From positions 377,332,001 to 377,396,000 of the forward strand of contig OZ024741.1 in NCBI GenBank assembly GCA_964016885.1: 64,000 nucleotides of DNA, written 5' to 3'. The notes under the pieces were generated by a model that had not been told where the DNA came from, did no database searches, and worked only from the letters and a program-made list of their open reading frames with translations. Shown here in pieces: positions 12,454 to 23,598 of this stretch. Position numbers and translations under genes: made by a program. Numbering within the stretch: the first letter of the stretch is position 1; every line of letters begins with the position of its first letter. Source of the DNA: Eledone cirrhosa. Lineage: Eukaryota.

Positions 12454-12749
12454 ATTAAAGGTGGAAAACTGGGAGAGGGCACTTGCCCTGGTGGTCAGGG
12501 CCACTGTGGTCTTTTAATGGGCTTTCTCCACAAATGTCCCTCGGAAGTCTCCCCCCTATTGGGGAATTTTTCTTTGTTATTTTATTTTAACCTCTGTTTT
12601 TTTTACACGCAGAAATGCCCATTTGTACCGTCCTGTATTGTCCTGTACTGTCCTTAATGTCTACTGTATGTAAACCCTTGTGGTTAATAAAGAAAACATT
12701 ATTATTATTATTATTATTATTATTTTTTTTTTTTTTATTTTCTTTCATT

Positions 12750-13090
12750 ATGTTCCCAGCTTTTCGTCGAAAGATGGATGAGAGAGGCAAGAATGACCCG
12801 AGTGATTGGACCTACTCTGAGTATATGCATCTAAATTGAAGGTGGAAAACTGAGAGAGGACAATTGCCCTGGTTGTCAGGGTCACCGTGTCTTTTTTTAA
12901 TGGTCTTTCTCCACGATAGCCCTCGGAAGTCTCCCCCCCCCCATTGGGGAATTGTTCATGGTTCTTTTATTACATCCTGTTTTTTTTTTGTTTTTTTACA
13001 TATAGAAATGCCCATTTGTACCGTCCTGTATTGTCCTGTACTGTCCTTAATATCTACTTTGTGTAAACCCTTGTGGTTAATAAATAAAGC
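12750..13090 (+). mobile_element. Tx1-A family 3'-end fragment in tandem
   Basis: Diverged copy of ~12372-12697 (end of ORF2 plus 3' UTR), ending AATAAATAAAGC-ATTATT. Confidence 0.88.
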
Positions 13091-13096
13091 ATTATT

Positions 13097-13865
13097 GTTT
13101 CTGTGATATATGCCGAGTGTCTTTCTGACACCTAGGGCAAATAAATTCACAGAGTGCTTTGGTAAGCCAGTTGATACAGCACATTGATTATAATAAAACA
13201 AAAATAATAATAAAACAGCATACATATATACACATGTGCATATGCATATGTAAATACAAGGAGGGATATTAATCTTACAGAGATAGTGCTCTTCTCAATA
13301 CGTGTGCAGTACCTGTCAAAACAATTTTTTGCACCTCGTGCATAATGGGTAAACCAGGAATCATTCGCAAATATTGTTCTGTTCCTTTCTTGATCATTCC
13401 CAGTCCTCCCATAATCACTGGTATTGTAACGGCGTTGAGGTGCCACGTGTCCTCAATGTCAATAAGCAGATCTGTATATTTTTATAGCTTGTCAAATTCT
13501 TTTGTGGCGTTATTATGATCACATGGTATGCTCACATCTATCAATAAACATACCTTGTTATGTTGATCTTTTACAATGAGATCAGGTCTATTTGCTTTTA
13601 TGGTCCTGAGAGTATGTACAGGAAAGTACCAGGCATTTGTTACTTTTTCTCCTTCAGTTACAGCCTCAGGGTGATGATTGTACCACTTGTCTTGAGCTTT
13701 GATTTTGTAATGCCGGCATATTACGCAGTGTAGATATTGGCCAACTCTGTCGTGCCTATATTTGTATTCTACTGGTGCTAAAACTTTATGTCCAGAGACT
13801 AAGTGACGCACCGTTTCAACCTCAGCATTGCAGAATCGGCACTTTGGGTTTATTCCGTTTCTCAT
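13097..13865 (-). mobile_element. R4/Dong-like family C, 3' fragment (RLE region plus 3' UTR)
   Basis: Motifs CRFC..ETVRHLVSG, RHDRV, NRPDLIVKD. The C-terminus EVQKIVLTGTAHVLRRALSL* ends at 13275. The 3' end runs into AATAAT, tail-to-tail with the Tx1-A fragment. Confidence 0.85.
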
Positions 13866-15460
13866 GGCCTGGTAGTCAGGGTGGCCGTGGCCTTTTTGTG
13901 TGGTTTTCGCCGTTGAGAATTTCTACATTTGATTTAGTCACAGCCAAACAGATAATTCATCTAATTTATGTAAATTATCCTATTTATTTCCATGTACCAT
14001 CTATCTTTGGTTTAGTTGCATCTCAATACTCTCGCGTTAACCAAATTACTCTAAATTAATGTAAAATGTTACATTTATGCGTGACTGAAGCAGGAACGTT
14101 CAGTAATTCCCATCGTTTTAAATTATTTTTTCAGTTTTTCTGTATTTTTGATTTTTCTGATGGAAATATTTTTCGGAAATTTCTCAAATTTCTTCCTTCA
14201 GCTGTGAAATCATCTTATAGTAAAGAAATTATTATACTGTATTTATGACGATTTCACAAATAATGGACGGAAACAGATTTAAATGGATTATCAAATTACG
14301 TTGAAAATATACACCATCACGTAACATCTAATAGCCGTAAATAAATTTTCACAACAGCCAAGAAAAAATATAATGTATTTGTTATATATTTGTATATCTT
14401 TATTTCATGTGAATAGCTTTTTATTATATAGCTTTTTGTTTATTTATCCCTATATTCTTTATTGATATATGATAGAGGCCATAACTCCTCCTATAGAATC
14501 AACAATTTAGCAAAATATTTTATAAGATTTATATATTTTCTTCTGCATTCGAAATCGCTTTATCAAACAAATTTATATCTATATACTAACCGATCAAGGA
14601 AACTAGGAACTGTGTTGATACATTACCAAATGAAAGCATTTCCATGTCATTTTGTAAAACACACTTTGTAGATAAATATGGTCCAAAATTCAGACCACTT
14701 AACTGCAGAACCTGCTTTCAAAATATGGAGATTAGAAGAACGTAGGATAATATATTTTTTCATTGATTTAGTAGGTTAGTATGGTTTTGATATTAGAAAG
14801 TCTAACGTAATATTACTATGGCTTATTCAATAAAAAAATCTTTTAGCTTCAATACACTTTGTAATAACTATGAACATGTAATAAATAGGAGAATATTAAA
14901 AGATGACTTTTATGAGAACATGAACGACTGTTGTTTTTAAATATTAACGCTTCCGTATACTCTGAATTTAAAACTGATTTTTCAGTTGACTTAAACTTAG
15001 TTAACAACAACGTTTACGGAATCAAGCATCATGCGTTTAAGTTCAGACACATGATAAGTAAGGACCACAGTTTCTTTCGTTCTAATGAGTGTACTTCATA
15101 TAGGTGACTATGCAGTAGTTGGCGGCCACCTTCCGATTTAATTTGCTTTACTTATAAGGCATTCTGATGAATATATATCAGTATTAAACAATAAGAAAAA
15201 GTGCTGAAAATGTCATAAGAATTTCTAAATTCCATGCATTGTTATCCAACAAGTCTTTCATCTGATATATATTGAGAATAATGTATTCTCATATCTGCAT
15301 TTCATGTAATCTTCGAGGTAGCATCCGATCGACCGTATAATACAATTTTCTTATATCTTTGAATATATGCAATAGAGTATTTTATGTATCGGTGTTAAAT
15401 TGTTGGCTTAGGAATACTGTTAATAATATAACATTGAATATATTATTTTGAAGCTATAGT

Positions 15461-15666
15461 TTGGCTGGCTACCATAATCATCCACATTGTCAGCATGATC
15501 TACAGACACCTGTTTATTATATTTGGATTGTTTGTAGTGCAGTTTTCTAAAGAGGAGGAATGTTTGGCTGGCTACCATAATCATCCACATTGTCAGCATG
15601 ATCTACAGACACCTGTTTATTATATTTGGATTGTTTGTAGTGCAGTTTTCTAAAGAGGAGGAATGT
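15461..15666. repeat. Tandem duplication with a 103-bp period
   Basis: TTGGCTGGCTACCATAATC...GAGGAGGAATGT starts at 15461 and again at 15564. Confidence 0.9.
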
Positions 15667-16847
15667 TTTTATAATGATTTAAGTCAGTAATGTTTGGTAG
15701 TTTCTCTTATAGTCAAATTGTATTTGGGTAGATCATTAATTGTAAGTGTAATCGTTTCAATTTTGCTGTTTACATTCTGTTGCTTTATCGTAGGTGCTGC
15801 GTGTTGTGGGCTCTGTTGTATTATTGTGATATTTCCCTTTAGGATATCCTGTTTATGTTTAGTCCATATATATGTTCTATTTTGAATTGTTATTCCTTCT
15901 TGGGCAGGTGACGTTCGTTGTAATGTATTTGTTGGTTATTTTCATCGTCAGATACTGGACACCACTAATTGCCTTTATTAGAGGAATATTATATATATAG
16001 GGAGAAAGGGAAAACAAACAGAAAGTATAAAACAAGATGCTTACTAATTCACACAGTGAGGGCATAAGGGAGATAGTGTTGCCTCTACATTAGATATTAG
16101 GAGTCGGTCAGTCGTCACTTTTGCATAAACATTTATAAATTGACATTTACTATTAGCTATTAAGAATCTGTTTCGGGATGGTGTAAGGTGGGTGCGTACA
16201 GTTAGCTAGGATGAGGACGATAGGTTTTGATTAGTGATGATTTCAAGTCAACATGATGTTGCTTTACAACAAAAGACCTGGTTACTTTCCAAATTCGCAT
16301 CCGATCAACACTACTACAACAGTTGTGTTTGTGTTAGGGATCATTTTCACATGCAACTTTATTATCCGTGAGCTGCAATATATTTTCCATGAATGAGATG
16401 TGGGATATTTTAAATATCTAAATAAAACTAACGTAATTATGCTATCTACTCTTACATTCTGTCGTGGTTATGTCTATGTATGACTAATTTCTGTTAGTAA
16501 CATTCACAATGGATTTATATTCTCTGTTGGATGTTAGGCTTTTGTCACCAATGGTAATTCAGATGGGATTCTTTATTTTTCAGTAACCTATTTTATCATT
16601 CCTTCTGAAGATCCCGTTAAGGGTTAAAGCAGCGATTCTTTGCTTAAATTTTAATCTGTTATTTTAATAAAATATATATATATATATATGAATTTCAGGT
16701 TATCAATAATGCAGTGATAATATATCGTCACGTTAGAGATGAACACCGTACGTGTAGGTTTGCTCAACGAGTATAAATTATATTCCGGAGAAAATGTAGA
16801 AAAGATGAATATAAAATGAAAGTGCTTTTATAAAGGAATTTATTAGG

Positions 16848-16965
16848 TATTGACATATGTTTCTGTAACAGACGGAATACTTATGTATCGCTGCTTGCGT
16901 AATCATATAATGTTAGCAAGTATTCGATAGCAAATGTATAATCAGTTGTCACTTCTTCAGAGATA
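16848..16965 (-). ncRNA. Candidate type I hammerhead ribozyme in the PLE1 pLTR (mirror copy at 19296-19413, + strand)
   Basis: CUGAAGA-A-GUGACA...UGUUAC-A-GAAAC-AUAU-GUC. The short palindromic stem III is typical of PLE hammerheads. Stem I is weak, and the mirror copy has GAAA mutated to AAAA. Confidence 0.55.
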
Positions 16966-17499
16966 TTGGATAAATTGGAAAAAATCAGAAAAATTGAAAT
17001 GTTTATATTAGTTGTAAGAAAGGAAGAAGAGAGGGGATAGTATATGACATATGGCAATTCAATTTGCTGGTAAACAAGTATATAAAATATTTCTAATGAG
17101 AATACAATGAGTATATGGTTTATTTTATCTAAATAAGAATTTTTGGGAGTGCCTATTTTAATCTATACTTGACCAATTGAACTATTTTAATCTATACTTG
17201 ACCAATGGACAGGGCTGGTCGTTTGGTGTAGTAGTATTAATAGATATAAAGTGTCAATTAAGGAAGAGGGAGATTTTCACTGCTACTGAATAACAACAAT
17301 GCTGGTAGCCTGCTGGTATATGTATTAGGGAATTGATTTAAGAAATCTCATATTATCTATAGCAGTTTATATTAAATGGTAAAGAATAGAAGAGTTGATA
17401 TAATTAAGACTAATGGGGAATGTTAATATGTATTTTGACAATCAAACGGAGATGGAGACATGAGTTCAATCCTGGTAGTATTTGTAATATGAAAATGTA

Positions 17500-19000
17500 G
17501 ATTTCAAGCGATGTTTACAGTATAACGATCGCTCTATTCTGTTATTTAATAAAATATTTTTTGATTTCATAATACAAAATAATTCCATATAACACAATTT
17601 ACAACATTCCTGTCCGTTGGGCAGTGATATTATATCCCATTTTTGGTTAAATTGTTGGTTATTTTCGCGCAGCTGCTAAGCCTTATCTGCGAGTGTTGTT
17701 ACATAACGCTAGTTTTCATGTTTTATCGAGTAACGATGTCTATAAAGGCGAGATTTGAAGGAGGTAGCTGTAGACCTCACATAGAACCACTTCTAGCTAT
17801 CCGATTCGATAGTACATTTGTATATGATGTTGCGTTCAAGACACTGATTGTTCAACGGGCACATTCCTGGTTGGACACAGTTACAGTTATAATTATGCGT
17901 TGTTGTATTGGCATGAATGGGTTGATGAGGTTGCTTAGGTAGGACGGGATGTTGTTTGTTGTTTTGTGATGTTATAGCCGATGTTTTACGTGTATTGTTA
18001 TGTGTTGGAAGGCGTTCATACAACCGTTTTGCGTTAAGCTTTTTTATATGTTGTTCAATATTAGGGGCGGTTGAATATGAAAGTCGAATAGTGTTAGGGT
18101 TTAAGATTTTATTATATTTATCTGATGTTGGAAAGTGTTTTTTAACTAATCGAAAGAATTGTGAGGGTAGATTGGTTTTAATAGAGTTGTTATAGAGCGC
18201 GTTGTACCATATATACTCTTTACATCGCCTTCTATTTGGTGGTGTGTGACATTAGTGTGTCTATTGCGGTAGTGTATGTATGGTGGTGATTCTATGCTAT
18301 TTCTACCACGATGAGATTTATTTTGGGTGTTTTGGTGATCGTCGACTATATACTCTATATTATCTAGGTGTCCAGCCATCCTAAGTGCATCATCATAATA
18401 TTCGGCATGTTCTTTGAATGTTTGCTGGTTGGACAACAGGCGGGAGATTCTAAGGGAAATATTTCTAGGGATGGATTTAATTATAGAGGGTGGATGGTTA
18501 GAACCCATATTTACATATTTAAGGTTCTCATTTAGTTTATGGAACGGTTTAATCGTTTCTGTATTGAAATTCAAAGTAACATCAAGTAAATTAACCTCTT
18601 TGAGGTTATATTCAAATGTAATATTTAATCCTAGTTCCTTAAAAAGCTTTCTGATATTTTTACGCATCCTTTCTAAATTCTAGTTATTCATATGCTTAAC
18701 TAATAGGAGCGCATCGTCACGGTAGATTCTACCGTGGATATCCTTGAATTTTCCTTGTAGTCTGTGGGTGATATAAATTCCCACAAGATCAGTTACTTCC
18801 GCCGAATCATTGGAACCAATATTAATATCAAAATTAGAAGGTCTATCTTTGCGAACCCAGTAGCTATCATCAAATTTAACAATAGTTTTCCTCGCTTCCA
18901 TAATAATATTAATTTCAGCATCCGTAAGGTCGGAATTAGCCTTAGCGAACGAAAGAGTATCAGGTGAAATTGAGGAATGATATTCATCAATATCGAACTG
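17500..19000 (-). pseudogene. PLE1 RT core/thumb plus GIY-YIG endonuclease remnants
   Basis: Motifs GSNDSAEVTDLVG, IYRDDALL, VNLLDVTL, YVNMGSNHPPSIIK, CNC..CPLNNQC..NIIYKC, FYVRST..FKSRLYRH, CKLC. Confidence 0.88.
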
Positions 19001-19544
19001 AGGTGAAAATCTCCCTCTTCCTTAATTGACACTTTATATCTATTAATACTACTACACCAAACGACCAGCCCTGTCCATTGTTCAATTGGTCAAGTATAGA
19101 TTAAAATAGGCACTCCCAAAAATTCTTATTTAGATAAAATAAACCATATACTCATTGCATTTTCGTAGAAATATTTTATATACTTGTTTACCAGTAAATT
19201 GAATTGCCATCTGTCATATACTATCCCCACTCTTCTTCCTTTCTTACAACTAATATAATACTTCAAACTTTCTGATTTTTTTCCAATTTATCCAATATCT
19301 CTGAAGAAGTGACAACTGATTATACATTTGCTATCGAATACATGCTAACATTATATGATTACGCAAGCAGCGATACATAGGTATTCCGTCTGTTACAAAA
19401 ACATATGTCAATACCTAATAAATTCCTTTATAAAAGCACTTTCATTTTATATTCATCTTTTCTATATATATATAGTTATTCCGGGTTGAATCGGAGGTAA
19501 CCACAGTAAGTAACGTACTCAATACATAGCAGAGTATAAACGTT

Positions 19545-19654
19545 TTAATATGGAAGAGCTTCTAAAAGACTAGAATTGTTTCATTCGTTAGACATTATCA
19601 ATGATTTCTCACGAATGAAACAGTTCTAGTCCTGTAGAAGCTCTTCTATATTAA
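19545..19654. repeat. Imperfect palindrome with ~44-bp arms and a 22-nt loop, between (TA)n tracts
   Basis: TTAATATGGAAGAGCTTCTAAAAGACTAGAATTGTTTCATTCGT pairs with ACGAATGAAACAGTTCTAGTCCTGTAGAAGCTCTTCTATATTAA. Confidence 0.85.
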
Positions 19655-20028
19655 TATATATATACATATATATATAAATATATATACACGTATTGATATT
19701 TTCCTATTCGAGATGTCTTGCGTTTTTCTGTGTTATGTGATATTTAGATTTAGCAAAGTGGCGTAAATTTTGAAATTGCACTGATTTCAAATTTTCCGTC
19801 AACACGTAATGTAGGAAAAACATCAAAGAACTGATAATGAAGATCATTCCACTTATTGTTTTACAATGTTCTTTACGTACACTATTGAGTTTTTCTTACA
19901 GGTGTGTACGTTTATACACCAACAAATTTTGATGTATCACATTTGAGATATTAATTGTTCTTTTATATATATTTCACATTTTAATCGTACATTTTCGTTT
20001 TTATGCTTGCACGTTTTCATTATTTAAC

Positions 20029-20081
20029 CAGTAATGTACTGGGTAATTGCTGGCCTGGTGTCTAAAGTAGAAATAATTATT
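20029..20081 (+). mobile_element. SINE 3' fragment
   Basis: CAGTAATGTACTGGGTAATTGCTGGCCT..TAAAGTAGAAATAATTATT. Confidence 0.8.
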
Positions 20082-20276
20082 TAGTATGTGTTTTTTCATA
20101 TGCATGAAGATATTTCTGCGTATATATTCAGATAGTAATATATTTAAAACAATTAATCACATGCGTATATAGCGCTCTCTCTCTCTCTAAATATATATAT
20201 ATATATATACATGTATGTGTGTGTGTGTGTACGTATGCATACTTATTTACATGTCTGAGCTGTGCTAGAGATAGAA

Positions 20277-20460
20277 ATAATTGTTTCTACTTTAGGCACA
20301 AGGCCAGCAATTACCCAGTGCATTACTGGTACTTTATTTTATCGACCCCGTAAGGATGAAAGGCAAAGTCAACCTCGGCGGGATTTGAACTCAGATCGTA
20401 AAGGGACGTAACTATGCTAGAAAGCATGGCGTCCGACCCTCTACCGATACTGCCAATCCA
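20277..20460 (-). mobile_element. tRNA-derived SINE (~190 bp)
   Basis: A box TGGCAGTATCGG, B box GAGTTCAAATCC, core GCCTTTCATCCTTACGGGGTCGATAAAATAAAGTACCAG, tail GTAGAAACAATTATT. At least 10 copies or fragments occur in the window. Confidence 0.92.
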
Positions 20461-20514
20461 GACATAATATTCTCAATATATTTTTAAGTATATATATATA
20501 TATATATACTGTAT

Positions 20515-21481
20515 TAGAAAGTGAGTTTTTTTTAGAAAATGAAAAATAACCGAGTTGTCCTACACGAGGGAAAGTATAAAGAAAAAAAGATGAAATCGAA
20601 AATGCAACTGGAGTCTTATGTAAAAAAATATATATATATTTATTTGGTTCTTTTACCGGTTTCGCAGTTCTTCTGCTTTTCAAAAGTTGAGTTGAGATGG
20701 AGGATCTGTGGTTTTTCTAACATCTGGTTTTGTCTTTGAATGTTACTTGTTTTATATGGAAAAAAGAGGCTCGAAACGCCAGGTTTTTAGAGAAGTAATT
20801 TGATTGGTTGGTCAATAAGTATAATAAATTTCGCGCCAGATCACGTTACAAAGTTCTTCGAACGGGGGGGGGGGGGCAACAGGTTGTTTTTTCATATATG
20901 AGTGTTTGAATTTGTTTTACTTAAAAAAAGGGGCTCACGAAGGCTTTTTTAAAAATGTAATTTTATTGCATTTTTTTAAAAAAGCCTTCGTTAGCCACTT
21001 TTGTATTGTCATCAAATTCTCTAAAAGGCTACAAAATAAATTCCCAAATACGGGCGCGAAATTTAATGAACTTGTTCACGTGACAGCCATAATTTCATTT
21101 ACAACCAAACAAATTACATTTAAAAAAAAAAAGACTTCGTGAGCCCCTTTTTTAAGTAAAAAGAAATTCAAACACTCATATATGAAAAAACAACCTGAAT
21201 CCCCCTTTTGTTTGAAGAACCTTGTAAAGCGAACGGGCGCGAAATTTATTATACTTATTGACCAACCAATCAAATTACTTCTCTGAAAACCTGGCGTTTC
21301 GAGCCACCATTTTCCATATAAAACAAGTAACATTCCATATGTGAGGAAAACCACAGACCCTCCATCTCAACTCAACTTTTGAAAAGCAGATGAACTGCGA
21401 AACCGGTAAAGGAACCAAATAAATATATATATTTTTTTTAAAATAAGACTCCAGTTGCATTTTCGATTTCATCTTTTTTTA
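20515..21481. mobile_element. Fold-back element with ~380-bp inverted arms, inserted at (TA)n
   Basis: 20582-20963 is the reverse complement of 21111-21480. The direct repeat TATATATACTGTAT lies at 20501-20514 and 21482-21495. Confidence 0.8.
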
Positions 21482-21489
21482 TATATATA

Positions 21490-21540
<51 letters not shown>

Positions 21541-23361
21541 TTAACTAAGGACTTAATTAAAATAAGAATACTTCACTTTTGTTACAAAAGTTTATTCCTA
21601 ATTTGATCATATATGCATTAGTCGAAAATTAGTTGTTAATATTTTGTTTTTGTTTTTCGAACACCACTTAAAATATTATGTGTCTGCCAGAATACACATG
21701 GCTGTAATTATGACAGATAAACGATTTGTTTCATTGTATTGCCAGACTAATATTTTCACACACCCTCAATCACAGTAGGAGAAGCAAACTGTTGAAAATG
21801 AATGCATACAAACATTTAAATTAATTGTGTGTGATCACAATTTCTGTTATTTAACGAGCTATTTAATTCTACGTATATACAAATGAAAACCTGATTGTAA
21901 TAAACAATTATATCAACACTCTCCATGAAAACAACTAGTTACATGTAATTCACCTCACAATATGATGCAAGATGATGTGAAACACAACATATATATATCT
22001 AATTCACACATATTCTTCATGAATGAAATATCATTCTAAAGAACGATAAATATAAGTTAAATACATTCTGCCTTACGTGCTACTTTTAAGAATATATGTA
22101 ATCTCGTTTTCTCTTCCTATTCTTTTTAACACATATGGCAATATATGCAGACGTGTCGGACTGCTTGATTTCATCAATAAGTTCAGCTATAGTAATTTTT
22201 AATCATATTTCTCGGTAGGTTAGATCGAACATAAGATGACCGCACAGACATAATTTACTGTATACTTGAAAACAGAAATTGCAAATTAACAAAATTGCAT
22301 AAAATACATAAGACGACTGAATATGATATCTTTTGAGTATATATTTTAACTTGGTGTTCTAATGCTGATTGGAAGTAAACACCTAAATAGCTGTGTTTCG
22401 TAATAATTGAGAAGTTTTCAGTAACGAAGCATGCCACACAAGCAGCGATGTTTTAGCACTTGACAGAGCATATCCTTCGTATAAATAATATGCACGTTGA
22501 GCATAGTATTTAATTTAGATCGCACACACTCGGCATCTGATAAATTGACTAAACCAAAACATTACAATACGTGTAACGAACACACAACCTACACTTATCA
22601 GGAAACCAAACAATTAGAAAAGCACACCTAAATTCTTAGTACTTGTCACGCTCTACAACGTATATCACCGTACGTCTTTTGCATTTCTGTTTACCAATGA
22701 ATAATTTGTGTTTTTATTCATTGCCGAATTTTGTCAGACTGTTATTTGTTATTTAACCACGTTGATTCAATTGTGTTACAAACAATGCATCCGTTTCGCC
22801 GAGAAGCTATTCTATATTATGCGGTGAATCGTAGCAATTGGTACAATACTTTCTAAGTATATTCTTATTTCCCTAATGGCTATAGAGATTTTCCATCTTT
22901 GACCATAACGAAAGCATCTATGCAATTAATATCTCCTTCTATCTAAGTTCTATCTCTTCGAAACTATTTGCCATAGATTTATTCCCACACATTGCTTTCT
23001 TCAATGGACGAATTTTCCCACTATCTGGTATCTACTCACAGCATTTGAAAAGCTGCAACATGCAGGTTATACTAATGTTGTTAAAATTGAAATTGCTATT
23101 ACCACAATTACAATCTAATAAACTATGGTTTCTGTTTAACACCAGGAGACATAATAATAATCTATATCCTAATAATTGCAACGAAAATTACATTTCGTTC
23201 GCTTCTGTCACTTTGATTGAATAAAGTATCAATATAACAGGCTTCCGAATGTTATAGTTGTTTTCAACATTTTACTTTAATCATTGCTTCGTATATTATA
23301 TTGTGTTTTCTTTACAATTATACGAAAACAACTTAGCGTGAATTTTTGGGCCAAGTTATGC

Positions 23362-23391
23362 CTATCTATCTATCTATCTATCTATCTATCT
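23362..23391. repeat. (CTAT)n microsatellite at the 5' flank of Tx1-B
   Basis: Directly visible; the tract continues at 29218-29238. Confidence 0.95.
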
Positions 23392-23598
23392 CCGGATGGC
23401 ATAGACGTTCTTCACATCGGCTCCGCGAATATTGGAGATATTACGTGTTAACAGTAAGTGTTTGTCTGTATTCTTACGTTATTGTGTTAATTAACCCCCT
23501 TGCCTGGGTCTTCGGATATTAGGGTTAATTTATTTCACCCCTTTTGGGGTGAAATTTTTCATCCTAAATATCTTACAATTGTCTCTACGCTAGTGGTA

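Larger units (their letters stand above)
7521..12697 (+). mobile_element. Tx1/L1-clade LINE (Tx1-A), apparently full length but decayed, inserted in (ATT)n
   Basis: 5' UTR, ORF1, APE-RT ORF2, and a 3' UTR ending AATAAAGAAAAC followed by (ATT)n at 12698-12723. Confidence 0.9.
16797..19464 (-). mobile_element. Penelope-like element PLE1, 5'-truncated, with inverted pseudo-LTR
   Basis: 16797-17280 is the reverse complement of 19003-19464. Decayed RT and GIY-YIG coding sequence lies between them, and (TA)n follows the right end. Confidence 0.9.

Noticed and set aside
15200-16100. Possible decayed PLE N-terminal region on the minus strand
   Set aside because: Only vague similarity and no diagnostic motif, so not called.
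20277-20460. A and B boxes suggesting tRNA genes
   Set aside because: No convincing cloverleaf; multi-copy with tails and TSDs, so these are SINE heads.
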